64,000 bases of DNA, from positions 84,145,067-84,209,066 of the forward strand of contig NC_068985.1 in NCBI RefSeq assembly GCF_001194135.2, in the 5' to 3' direction. Both the position numbers and the translations under genes were made by a program. Each line of letters opens with the position of its first letter. The first letter of the stretch is position 1. The notes beneath the pieces were generated by a model, which worked only from the letters and a program-made list of their open reading frames with translations, was not told where the DNA came from and ran no database searches. This document shows positions 52,070-64,000 of this stretch, in pieces. The DNA is from Octopus bimaculoides (taxonomy: Eukaryota).

Positions 52070-52300
52070 TGACATGTTTTGATATCAACTTGCCTGAAAC
52101 TGCCCTACATCTATAATACAAATTCCATGTTTTAAAGTGATCTGAATTAAAATCTCCCATCAAAATTTTATTTTAATTTATATTCCAAAGATTAGCTTAA
52201 TAACGACAAAGTAATTTTACTAAATTCTTCATGATTTTCAAAATTAATTGAAAATCAGTGTCATCAAATTTCAACAGAAATTTGGTAACAAAAGGGTTAA
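52070..52300. mobile_element. Possible piggyBac-like MITE remnant
   Basis: The right end is ggtaacaaaagggttaa (CCC/TTAA-type end). The left end is only weakly matching. Confidence 0.3.
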
Positions 52301-52590
52301 ATCTACTTTTGTGTAATTTCAATTTATTTTAATTGTTTTTTTAAAATTTTGTTACTTAATGAGTCTGGTGTAATTAGTGACACACACACACACATATTGA
52401 CATATGCTCATGACTGCATGCACATACAGTTTAACCTGTGAACAAGTTGAAAGTGAAATTGTGCAAACCAATTTATCCACCCAATCCTTGCTTCTCACAA
52501 TGTCAACCCTCTGGAATTCCATGATTCCTATATCCATGTTTTTGTGGTTGTGTTTTTTTTTTTTTTCTTTTGGGTGGGTGTGTGCTGCAG

Positions 52591-52612
52591 ATGTTCGAGC
52601 TGAACATGAAAT
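52591..52612 (+). CDS. Candidate 22-nt micro-exon, (D)VRAEHE or MFELNMK
   Basis: Long T tract...gctgcag|ATGTTCGAGCTGAACATGAAAT|gtaagt. Confidence 0.35.
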
Positions 52613-52732
52613 GTAAGTGATCTCACAACATAAGTCTCAGAGGATCTGTACAAGTTATGTGTACATGTTATTTTGAATTAGAACAGAACACAAGAGAATA
52701 GTCAGACAAGTTGGGGAATTATTGACTGAAAG

Positions 52733-52767
<35 letters not shown>

Positions 52768-53704
52768 GAGAAAAGAAAGATAAAGAGGGTGAAAATGAGA
52801 ATAAGAGACACATAGAGCGCTTAATGCAGGACTCCACTTGATACTTGTGAACTTGAAAAACAAGACTTGTCGACTATTAGTATAGGTTTCCTCTTCTTCA
52901 TTGGTGGTAATGTTGGGTGGAGTGTGGAGGAGAAATTACGCAAACAAAACTAAGGATCTGATGCCAAAATATTATGAAGTACACCTGTGTTTCGGTCTCT
53001 TCCTTTCTCATTATCCCTCAATCACTACCCTCTTTTGGTAACCTTTATCTTTCCTCCATTAGTTAACTGTCCCTTAAAGTTCTATTCATCACAATTAATC
53101 TGCTCAGTTCTGTAATCAAATTAATTTTATGTGTGTGTGGAGGAGAGGAGCTGGGTTGTGAAGAGGTTGAGATGTGAAGGTTGCCTCCTCATCAAACACA
53201 GGTTTCAATTTGATTGAATTGGTAGTTTGGACTAAATTCTATTGGTACTGTATCTCTCATTAGTTGTCATTGATCAAAGGGTAACATTTTTCTCCAGATC
53301 TTGTGGGACAATTTCTTTTATTACATTTTTTGTCACAATTTTTCTGCATTTGTGCTCATTCAAAAGTAATGGGATCTTTTTGTGTGTGAGAATTTGAATA
53401 GGAGAGTCACAACAAGAGAAAAAAAAAATTCTTTTTTTGAAATGTTGACTGACACAGAAAAGACACCATAAATTGAGTTGCTGTATACAAATTTGATAGA
53501 GGACCAAAATTTGTCAAAAAAAAATTAGCAACCATTCCATATAAACATTTTTTTCTTCACTTCTTTTGCAAGAAACACAGTTGTATTGTTTTTTCTATGC
53601 TGCTTATATATGTAATGTTTTGATATGCAAATATGAGAAAATGTTAGTAAAAATTATCAGATTATAACTTAGTGATATTTCAATACAATATATATATATA
53701 TATT

Positions 53705-54105
53705 GGCGCAGGAGTGGCTGTGTGGTAAGTAGCTTGCTTACCAACCACATGGTTCTGGGTTCAGTCCCACTGTGTGGCACCTTGGGCAAGTGTCTTCTAC
53801 TATAGCCTCGGGCCGACCAAAGCCTTGTGAGTGGATTTGGTAGACGGAAACTGAAAGAAGCCCGTCGTATATATGTATATATATATATATATGTTTGTGT
53901 GTCTGTGTTTGTCCCTCCACCATCGCTTGACAACCGATGCTGGTGTGTTTACGTCCCCGTAACTTAGTGATTTGGCAAAAAGAGACTGATAGAATAAGTA
54001 CTAGGCTTACAAAGAATAAGTCCTGGAGTCGATTTGATTTGACTAAAGGCGGTGCTCCAGCATGGCCGCAGTCAAATGACTGAAACAAGTAAAAGAGTAA
54101 AAGAG

Positions 54106-54107
<2 letters not shown>
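53705..54107 (+). mobile_element. SINE family A, young full-length copy
   Basis: All modules are intact with CpGs retained. Confidence 0.92.
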
Positions 54108-54146
<39 letters not shown>

Positions 54147-54172
54147 TACATACATACATACATACATATATG

Positions 54173-55428
54173 CAGGATGTCCCCCAAAATTGTATACACA
54201 CTTTGAATAATTGTAAAGTAGGTGTTTATTGAAATACATTTCATTTTCAAAATTTAATAGAATCTACAGACATTATTTTATTGTTTTGTCAATGCTTGTT
54301 TTCAAAGTGACGTCTATTCTGGTCCAGGCACTGCTGACAACATGAAGCAATGGAACCACAAACATCACGAAATAATTTGTTTAGTAGTTGTGTATATTCT
54401 CATTCAATGGCTGCCCCCAAATTAGCGACTGCTGCAGGTTTCATAGTGTAGACTTTATTTTATAGGCATCCCAATAAAAAAGTCTAGTGGTGTGAGGTCT
54501 GGGTAACACAGAGAGTATTCAACGAAACTCCTTCATCCAACCCACCTGTTTGGTAAGATCTCATTAAGGAAGGCTCTAATATCGTGATGGTAGTGTTGGG
54601 GTGCCCCATCTTGCTGAAAATAAAACTCCTCATCTTCAAAGTCTTCTCTAATGCTATGACAGACTGTTGCAGCAAGTTCAAGTAAATGGTACCAGTCAAG
54701 GTAGCATCTAAAAGGATGGTCCAATTAATCCTCTTGATGATAAGTCACACTACATTCTAACTCCTGGTAAATTAACGTGGTGTTCCACCATAACCTGCAG
54801 ATTCTCAGGTCCTCAGTAGGTGCAATTGTGGTAGTTAATTGAACCATTTAATTTGAATGTGGTTTCATCAATCCACACAATCTTTGGTGGAAAGTGTGCA
54901 TCTTCTACGCATTGTGCCAAATACCAGTCACAATACTGCACTCTTTGGTCGGGATCATCGTCATTAGTAACATGGACTAATCTTGGAATGTAACTTTTCC
55001 ATTGACAATACTTCAAAATGCATTTGACAGATAATTTTGAAATACCTACCCCATGACTCGCTTGCCACAAAGATTTTCTTGGACTTTGATGATATGTTTC
55101 CAGCATTCCTTCTTGCTCTGTAGGGGTTGTCGATGTTCATGGTCTTCTGGAATGCTTCTCATAGACTGAACAATTTCATCAGCTTCAAACGTATCTCTAA
55201 TTTGAGTGATGGTAAGTCATGTTGGTGGGCCTGTTTGAAACTCCCTCTTAAACTGTCTTTGCACTTCAATTGTGTTTTCATACTTCCAGTAGAATCTTAG
55301 AATGAATTTCCTTTGTTCAAGGCTTAGTCTGACTGCCATCATTAATTCCACTGGGTTTAATCTGGAAAGAAAAAACATCAATTGAGTCATCAGCTGCTAA
55401 AGCTTGTATACATTTTTGGAACACCCTG
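54173..55428 (-). mobile_element. Near full-length decayed Tc1/mariner element, DD41D (rosa-type)
   Basis: TIRs caggatgtcccccaaaattgtataca / tgtatacatttttggaacaccctg followed by TA. Transposase remnants: MAVRLSLEQRKFILRFYW..., [28 protein letters not shown]. Confidence 0.88.
54289..55339 (-). pseudogene. Transposase pseudogene (stops and frameshifts)
   Basis: ATG at 55339, in-frame stops (GPPT*, RWVG*), terminal TGA at 54289-54291. Confidence 0.85.
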
Positions 55429-55565
55429 TATGTATGTATATATATATATATATAGGAGAGTATTGTAGTTCGCTTGAAGCATTGTGTATTGTTTGTAAAG
55501 AATAAAAAGTTTTGAATGGTACAACAATGCACTATAATACAAAAAATGGACTATATATCTGTTGT

Positions 55566-55757
55566 AATTTAGTTATCTATAGTCCGATGATATTTCAGAA
55601 TACAATTCCTTCTTCAGATATTCTTAAATGGAGTCGCTGCTATAATCTGTTTTTTTGACCAACAGGATTAAAACAGATTATAGCAGCGACTCCATCTAAG
55701 AATATCTGAAGAAGGAATTGTATTCCAAAATATCATTGGACTATAGATAACTAAATT
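55566..55757. mobile_element. 192-nt near-perfect inverted repeat of a Penelope-like end
   Basis: 88-bp arms with 84 Watson-Crick pairs and a 16-nt loop. Each arm has CTGAAGA-A-GGAA/TTC[CT]-[GA]AAA-TATC. Confidence 0.85.
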
Positions 55758-56647
55758 GACTGGAAAGAAACAATGCAGTTATTAATAAGAAGTGATGAAA
55801 TTAATGCATGAAAGATTTCACAGCACAGCAATGCTTATAGTTGTAAGTAAGGTTTGAATCTAAAAGTTTGAAGGAAAGACAAAAAAATCCTTTTTTATTC
55901 TGGAATGACAAAAATTTTAGAGTGATGTCAAACCTAGTATTAGATTAAATTTTCTACTCAGGTAGGACAAAAAAGGGTTTAAAATCAGAATGCAAAAAAA
56001 TAGCTAAACCAAACACCACAAGGTTTCTGGTCTGATTTCTTTATGGTTCTGCCAATTCCATGCATTACATTTTTTAATTGCCTTGACAAAGTTGACTTCA
56101 GTGACATTTGAAGTCTAAGCAAATAGCTTCAAAACAAAAGCTGCTGATCATTCTGTCCAATGCTTTAGTGATTATGCCAATTTGGCAGCTTTACTATATC
56201 TGGTTTTAAGCAGAGAAATGTAAGCTACCAAACTGCTAAAGAATACTTTCACTTCAAAAGGTCCACAAAATAAGACATTTAAAAATTTTTAATTATTAAA
56301 TCATTAATTTCTTTTTAGATATTACATAGTGAAATATTGAATAAATATATTTTCATATCTTTAGTATCCCAGTGGCTTACATCTCTCTTGTTTACTTACA
56401 TTTGAATAATGTTTAAAAACAATACTTCTTTGAATCAAACCTCAAATAGACCTCAAGATTATAATTCTTTTCATTTGATCCATTGCTGTATATGACCGAT
56501 GGAGCATCAATCTGGATACAACTATAGAACATTTTACATTACATTATACTGTAAAAAAGTTCTGTTTAATCAGAGATTATATATATTTTCACAACCCACA
56601 CCTCTTCCAGTTTCCAAAACGCACACATGTGCACACACACATGCATG

Positions 56648-56774
<127 letters not shown>

Positions 56775-57628
56775 CTTCTCAGCTGATATAGCTTAATAAA
56801 GGTTTTAATATTATGTCTTAATGTATCTCACCATTTCATTTGAAATATTTATTTCTAAGCACGTAATTAACCTATCTTCTATCTATCTCCATTTCTTTTT
56901 CCTACACATGCACATTTGTGTATATTTGCATATATATATATATATAAGTGTGTGTGTATCTGTGTATTTAAACACACACACAAATGAATACAAAGTTAAG
57001 TAGTATACATTTGTAAAAGAAATTATCAAAGCATATACACTTGCATACACACAATGATAGACATAAACATGCATGTATATATATTTGTGTGCGTGTGTAT
57101 GTAACCACACACTCAAACACACACATATGTACACAAATACACAAACAAATTCTTCATGCATACATTGAACATAAGGTTAATGATGTGTTTAGAAGAGTAT
57201 GTACAACATATTATTTCACAAAACATTTACATATTCCAAAAAATTAATGTCATGGTGTTTTTTTTTCTCTTTTCCTATTCTTGTTGTGTTTTTTCTTTTC
57301 TTTTAGCTAACAAAAAAAAAGTAGTTTGAACATATTGTTTTGTATTAATACAAGAGTTAAAGAAAGGGATTAATCTTCATTTTTGTAGAATGAAGCATGT
57401 AATAGGAATACATACATCTACATTAATGAATGGCATGTTTGATGAATTTTGTACATATATATGTTTGTACATATATATGTAAATACATATCTGCATGTAT
57501 ATAGTTGTATGTATATATATATGTGTGTGTGTGTGTGTGTGCGTGTGTGTGTGTGTGTGTATGACTATTATGTATTTGTTTGTATGTGTATATATATCTT
57601 AAGAGAGCTATTACACCAAGTATATCTA

Positions 57629-57659
<31 letters not shown>

Positions 57660-57823
57660 CTTATATGTGTATGTATATAGATGGATAGATGCCAAGATAG
57701 ATATGAATATATAGCCATATTATTTGTATGTGTATGTGTATTGACATATATGTATATGTATATATTTCCATACTTGTGTATGTATGTTTATAAATATATT
57801 GTGTGCATGTGTGTGTATACACA

Positions 57824-57872
<49 letters not shown>

Positions 57873-58209
57873 GCGCATATATATATATATATATCATATT
57901 CATTAACATTTTACATCCATTTCCCATGCCATCATGGTCTGCACAGTTTGACAGGATCCAGCAAGCTGTAAAAATCTAAAAGAATATTTTTTAAAAAATG
58001 AAACTTTGCAGTTGGTGTTGTTTATTTCGAAACTCTTTCGCTCTTCCATTGAAGTTGAATTATTTTTCTGTTGGAGTTGCACTTCCTAATATAAAACTAT
58101 TTTGATTTGTTGTGAATGACCATGTTAAAGTTTAATTCAGATTATTTTATCTCACAGTGGGACCTTGATGTAATCAATCAGTCTACTAGAAATCATTGTT
58201 GAATCTCCT

Positions 58210-58670
58210 TCTACTACAAACACAGGGCCTCAGATTTTGTAGCATAGGGACAGTCAATTAAATGAATGCTAGTGCTTACTGGTTCCTATTTTATTGCCCC
58301 CCAGAAGGATGAATGGCAAAATCAACTTTGACAGAACTTCAGCTCAAAACACAAACCTGGAAGAAATGCTTTTTTGCGTAATTTCTTCCAGCTTTGTTAG
58401 TCTGGCCTGCTAATGATTCTGCCAGCTAACCACTTTAGAATCTTCTTTCAATAATGGTTTCAAATTCTGGCACAAAGCCAGTAAGTTCAGGGGATAGGGT
58501 AATATGAATTCATCAACCCTAGTGTTCAACTAGTACTTATTTTATCAACCCCAAAAGGATGAAAGGTAAAGTTGACCATGGCAAAATTTGAACTCAGAAG
58601 ATAAGTACAGACAAAATCCTACCCAGCTTTTTGCCTAGCATATTAATGATTCTGCCAGCTCACTGACTTA
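58210..58670 (-). mobile_element. Two tandem SINE family B copies
   Basis: The core and the aatgattctgccagct head are present twice. Confidence 0.75.
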
Positions 58671-59529
58671 AATCTCCTTTTAATAATATCATCCTTTTAT
58701 TTTACGACAACAACAACAAAACGATCTGATACAATCTGACATTTCCATATCAAACAACACATTCATGAACAACAGCAACACAAAAAATAGCACAGGCAAC
58801 AATGCAAAACAAATCAGTAGTGATATTTGAGAGCAAGCAACACTAATCAAATTTTTTTTCTTTTTCATATCTCTTTGAATTTCTGATTTAAACAGCTAAA
58901 GTTGTGTATCCTGGAAGTTATAATTTGAAACATGTCTTTTCTTTTCCAAACAAATTCAATACTTTGATTTATTTTATTGTGACATTCAGTAAATTTTTTA
59001 CAGTTTATAGTATATTATAAGGGCCAGCTTATGTTTGGGTTAGCATTTAAGTTTTACATTTTGAGCCCAGAATATTTCAAAAACTGCTTTCAATACAAAG
59101 CAGACTTTCAAAATAAGCATCCTCTATAGATGCACTTATATATTTACAGATATGTATATCTGTAACATGTGTGTGAATATTGGTAGTGTTTTGTATGTGG
59201 AGAAGAATTTCATTAAAAAATTAAAATTTATGGCGGCATGTTTTTTTGTCCCTTCATGACTCTGAAGGTTGTCTCAGTGGCTGTCATATTCCACTGAGCA
59301 GGTTCAACCAAGACAAGCAAGTTTCACTGTAGATGCCAGACAAAAAGTGGCATCTGGCACTTTGCATTGAGGTTTGAGCCTGGTGTCTGAGCTTCACTCT
59401 GTAAAATTACCAAGTGACAAAAATAAAAACAAAAGAAAAAAAAAATGTAGATGGAAGCAGATACACACAGCCTCATATTTCACAGGGACTGAGTCAGTAA
59501 GAATTCAATAATTATGCTATAGCTCTCTA

Positions 59530-59573
<44 letters not shown>

Positions 59574-59679
59574 NNNNNNNNNNNNNNNNNNNNNNNNNNN
59601 NNNNNNNNNNNNNNNNNNNNNNNNNNNNNNNNNNNNNNNNNNNNNNNNNNNNNNNNNNNNNNNNNNNNNNNNNNNNNNN
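59574..59679. other. Assembly gap
   Basis: Run of N. Confidence 1.
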
Positions 59680-59732
59680 ATATATATATAGATAGATAGA
59701 TAGATAGATATAATGTGTATGTGTATATATAA

Positions 59733-59773
<41 letters not shown>

Positions 59774-60036
59774 GTGTGTTCTCTGTTTATATCTAACCAA
59801 ATATCTCACCTTAGGAAAAGATTCATTGGACAGTAGAGTCATACTAAAAGAAAACTGACTGGTGGGTAAGGATTTTGCTTGTGGATTAAATTTTACAGCC
59901 CTCCATTCATAGCTTGATAACTGAAGTATGTTCACATGACAACATTTTTTAGTTTTTTTTTTTACTTGTTATTTCTATTTAGTAAAACATTAATACATTT
60001 ACATGAATATTTCTTTGTGACTGTATATTGTGTGGA

Positions 60037-60795
60037 CAGGCATACCTCACCCTATGTCGTTAATTGGTTCCAGGAGACATGACTTAAGTCAAAAAATGAC
60101 TGCAGTCAAATTAACTTGTCTCTAGGCTAGGCTAGGCCGAATCTACTTGTCTCTAGGCTAAACCAATAATCATTCCCAGTTCTGTACTTTATTTATGAAT
60201 GCATTTTCAATACTACATGGTAAATAAAGACCCATTTTAAGCTTACAAACAAATAATTTTTATTATTTAATACAGTGCAGTAAAATAAAATGTAATCTAA
60301 ATTTACAAATATAATTTAGCAGTGTTTACCATACATCGTAGACACTTTATTTATGAATGTAGTTTGCAATAAGACATGGTAAAATAAAAGCCTTTTTTAA
60401 GCTTAAAAAACAAATTCAGTATTTATTATTATTTTGCAATAGTAAAAAAAAACAAATTATTTTAAATTTACCAATACATATATACAATTTGGTGATTTCA
60501 TGATTTTATCTCATTCACTAAGCCTCACTACTTTATGGTGTGTATCTTAACATTTACTCTATATACTTTAATATGATTTTATATGATTTTATTCTTATCT
60601 ATTGTACAGTAACATGATTTTATATGCTGTTAACAGTTTTCTGGTGATTCTACAATTCCAATATTTGTGGCGGACAGATGTAAAGTCGAATAAAATGACT
60701 TAACTTGGTTTTTATTTTTCCATATATTATTTTTGAAAACCGACGTATAATTGAGAACAACTTAAATCAAAACGACTTAAGCCAAAGTATGCCAG
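60037..60795. mobile_element. Non-autonomous pogo/Tigger-like element
   Basis: Imperfect TIRs caggcatacctcaccctatgtcgtt / aacgacttaagccaaagtatgccag followed by TA. Internal direct duplications. Confidence 0.55.
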
Positions 60796-61441
60796 TATTT
60801 GTGATTCCCTTGTTTTTATGGGGAAATTTGTTAGCCTTCCGAATACAACTGAAGAAACTACCTTATGAAATTGCACACACATACACCATGCACACATACA
60901 CCATGCACACAAACACACAGACATACATATATATACACGTGTGTGTTTGTGTGTAAGTAGGATGAGAGAGTGTTGAGAGTGGACACGGTGGTTTTGAGAT
61001 TAATATGTTTAGCAATTGATTTTCAAGTGCATGAGTTTATATGATGCTACAGCCATTACATTGTCATGGTAGATAAGTTGAAATAAGCTATTTTAATCAG
61101 TATTTAATTAGCTGTCCAGTTGAATAAATTCTTGCTTTAACCATTCACATGGAAACTTTTCAGCCATTACCTGATTGTTCAATAGAATATTAAAATGATG
61201 TCAGAATGGAAAACTGAGTGCAGAATAGTACATAAAAATTGTGAAGCATTTTCGCTCGTCTCAAGGATATGGAATCATATATGTGATACTTCTGCATGAT
61301 AACTCTAAAACTAATACCTCAAAAAAGAACTAAGTCTTGTATCTTACATTTGATCATTTAGTGAAGGTCTTTGATAGAGTCCCATTAACTTTAAGCCTGG
61401 TGGACAACATGGAGGCTATGTTTAGATAAATGAATTGTGTG

Positions 61442-61522
61442 AGTAATGGTGTTGTGTGAAGATTGATGGTGTTATGTGAAACTTGATGGTGTTATGTAAA
61501 ACTTGATGGTTCTATGTGAAGA
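61442..61522. repeat. 20-bp tandem repeat, 4 copies (gatggtgttatgtgaaactt)
   Basis: Read directly from the sequence. Confidence 0.85.
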
Positions 61523-61523
61523 A

Positions 61524-61733
61524 TATGAAGGAGTACTGAAGAGTTCCTGGCTTTAAGTGTATCACAAAAGGCTTGGTTGGTGGCCCAACCTTCCAAGTTC
61601 TTTCACAGGGCTTAGACAAACTGAAGGACCACTACAATAAGTGTGTGAACCTGAAAGGAGAATACATTGAATAAAATTATAATCCTGTATTTTCTTTTAC
61701 CTAAAGTCAAGAACGTTTCAGCATCCCCTCATA
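61524..61733 (+). mobile_element. Mariner-derived MITE retaining the transposase C-terminus
   Basis: TIRs as in 51713. The internal frame QGLDKLKDHYNKCVNLKGEYIE* is typical of mariner C-termini. Confidence 0.8.
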
Positions 61734-61985
61734 CAATATGTTGGTGGATATCTTTTAAAACCCTTCCATTAATTTTAGCTAGCTATCTCAGTGCAATTAG
61801 AAATAAAAATTATTTTTAATCACAGTGGACAACCTTTGGTTCTAGAGTTTCAAAGTGTTTATATATAATTTAAAACCACCTATCATAAATTTATGTGACA
61901 ACCTTCTGCTTTATTATATTCCAAATGACAGTTTCCTCGTGTAAAGGTTTATCATTTCACTAAAATCCTGTTGATTATTTAAAAG

Positions 61986-62228
61986 ATTTATTGAAAAATG
62001 CATTACCAAAGTATATCATTAGAAATAGGGGTAGGAAAGGTTTTAAAGTAACCATTACTGACACTAGTGTATACATGAATGGGAGACACTGGTTAACAAA
62101 AGATGATGCAAGACTCTTGCATAAGATCCTTAAAAAAACAAACTTGAACTGTAGCTATGTTTATTACTGGGCTGCTTCACTGAATCGCACTGGTAGAGGA
62201 CCATTTAATATTTTATCAATGTCATGCA
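61986..62228 (+). CDS. Candidate 243-nt phase 1-1 coding exon, unknown protein
   Basis: Non-repetitive open frame (D)LLKNALPKYIIRNRGRKGFKVTITDTSVYMNGRHWLTKDDARLLHKILKKTNLNCSYVYYWAASLNRTGRGPFNILSMSC, bounded by tttaaaag| and A|gtaagt. Confidence 0.45.
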
Positions 62229-63266
62229 GTAAGTTTGTTTTATCAAAATGGATGCATTCAATTGTCAGTATCAGAAAGAAACAGAGAAATGAATGTCAAG
62301 AAACACAAGGTCTATAGAAAAATTACAAAAATGTTTGAAAAGGTTTTTATCTTATTACAATTACAGAATGGGAAAATATACTTTCCACTGATTGATAAAT
62401 CAGTTTAGCTGTCACATGCTATGATCAACAAAAATAAAAATGTGCATAATAAATGCACAGAGTAAGTGAATGTTACAAATGTATTAAAAAGTGGGTTTTC
62501 ACTGGTTGTGAGTCAGTAAATGAACTGACAACATAAATACATGTGTATACCCATATAAGTGCATTGATGACAGTATTAAAGCATGTATGTTTGTGTGATA
62601 TGCAAGTAAGTCTGCATGGTATGTGTTCAAATTGCAAGTAAATCTACAGAATATATAAGCTTTTGTACAAGTGAGTCTGTATAAAATTTTGTATATACAG
62701 CCTGTTGCAAGATGAATAACTTGTAATAGCTACTGAAGCTACAGTGACTGTGACTGTAAGTTGATGCATTCAACAGCGGCTGAATACAACATAAATCTAT
62801 GCACATGTATGGTAATTTGAGTGATGTGCATATCAATCAGTAGTGGTGTTTGTATCTTCCAATACATATGCATATGTACCGAAAGTTTCTCATGAAAACA
62901 CATTTTCAGTGGAAACTAACCTTGGAGAATGAAACGATATAGAATTGTTGTACAAGTTCTGTACTTCAAAAATTGCATCTTTGAAAACTCTTGAGTTTTA
63001 GTAAAAGATGAGTTTAAGGATGTTCTTTATATCTATTCACAATGCTTTCTGTTAGTTTTAGTGGTATAAATATGAGCTTGTTTCTGTTTTGCATGATAAT
63101 ATTTGGGTGGTTAGTGAAATGTATTACCTATACAGACACTTCACTAATGGTCTGGACTACCTTGGATCTTTGTTGGTTGACTCACCCGATAACTATGATC
63201 AGTGACCACATAGGTTTAGTAATATAATTTGAGCACAAAACCATAATTGGTCCAGAGCGTGCTCAC

Positions 63267-63287
63267 CTCGGACTGCTGATGTATCTA
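63267..63287 (-). CDS. Candidate 21-nt in-frame micro-exon, (V)DTSAVR
   Basis: ctttcattctattgtaacag|TAGATACATCAGCAGTCCGAG|gtgagc. Confidence 0.3.
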
Positions 63288-63574
63288 CTGTTACAATAGA
63301 ATGAAAGCTGCTGAGAAAATTTTGATGAAGTCTGGTAATAGTGTTAGTTGGTCTTAGAGGAGACCCAACTTTCAACAAAGACAGGTACCTGTTAATTAAC
63401 CAAAAATAGTTTTTAAAAATGGTGCAGTGTTTGTTTGAAAGGAAATTGCTATTGATCAAATTCACCTGTAAATATGGGGATTTCAGTTTGTATCGCTGGC
63501 ATATACTATGTATAATGTCAGAAGATATTTGCAGCCTTTTGCTTGTGTGTGTATATCTATATTACTCTTACACT

Positions 63575-63787
63575 TTTTACTCTTACTTGTTTCAGTCATT
63601 TGACTGTGGCCATGCTGGAGCACTACCTTTAGTCGAGCAAATCGATCCCAGGACTTATTCTTTGGAAGCCTAGTACATATTCTATCAGTCTCTTTTGGCA
63701 AACCTCTAAGTTACGGGGATGTAAACACACCACCATCAGTTGCCAAGCGATGTTGGGGGGACAAACACAGACACACAAACATATACG

Positions 63788-63822
<35 letters not shown>

Positions 63823-63995
63823 GCATATATACAACGGGCTTCTTTCAGTTTCAATCTACCAAATCCACTCACAAGGCTTTGGTCGGCCCGAGGCTATAGT
63901 AGAAGACACTTGCCCAATGTGCCACATAGTGGGAATGAACCCGGAACCATGTGGTTCATAAGCAAGCAACTTACTACACAGCCACTCTTGTGCCT
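63575..63995 (-). mobile_element. SINE family A, young full-length copy
   Basis: Reverse complement of the 53705 and 23678 copies. Confidence 0.9.
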
Positions 63996-64000
63996 ATATA

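Overview
AT-rich, microsatellite-dense eukaryotic DNA with six assembly gaps. The repeat repertoire (several tRNA-derived SINE families, RTE-type LINE remnants, Penelope-like ends, Tc1/mariner elements) looks like an octopus/cephalopod genome; this is inferred from repeat style, not from a database search. No protein-coding gene can be named. Nearly all ORFs in the supplied track are translations of simple repeats, SINEs or N-gaps, so the window is probably large-intron or intergenic sequence. It contains one plausible 243-nt coding exon (61986-62228, +) and several candidate micro-exons on both strands. Well-supported features are dozens of SINE copies from three families, a LINE-3'-end-like retroposon family, a near full-length decayed DD41D (rosa-type) Tc1/mariner element, mariner- and pogo-like MITEs, and a 12-bp minisatellite. 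The most striking unexplained structure is a recurring class of short fold-back elements. Five sequence-unrelated examples each consist of inverted arms around or containing hammerhead-ribozyme-like motifs. They include a complete type I hammerhead fold at 3351-3408 and a 192-nt near-perfect hairpin at 55566-55757 with a hammerhead-like core in each arm. Repeat boundaries are read by eye and approximate.
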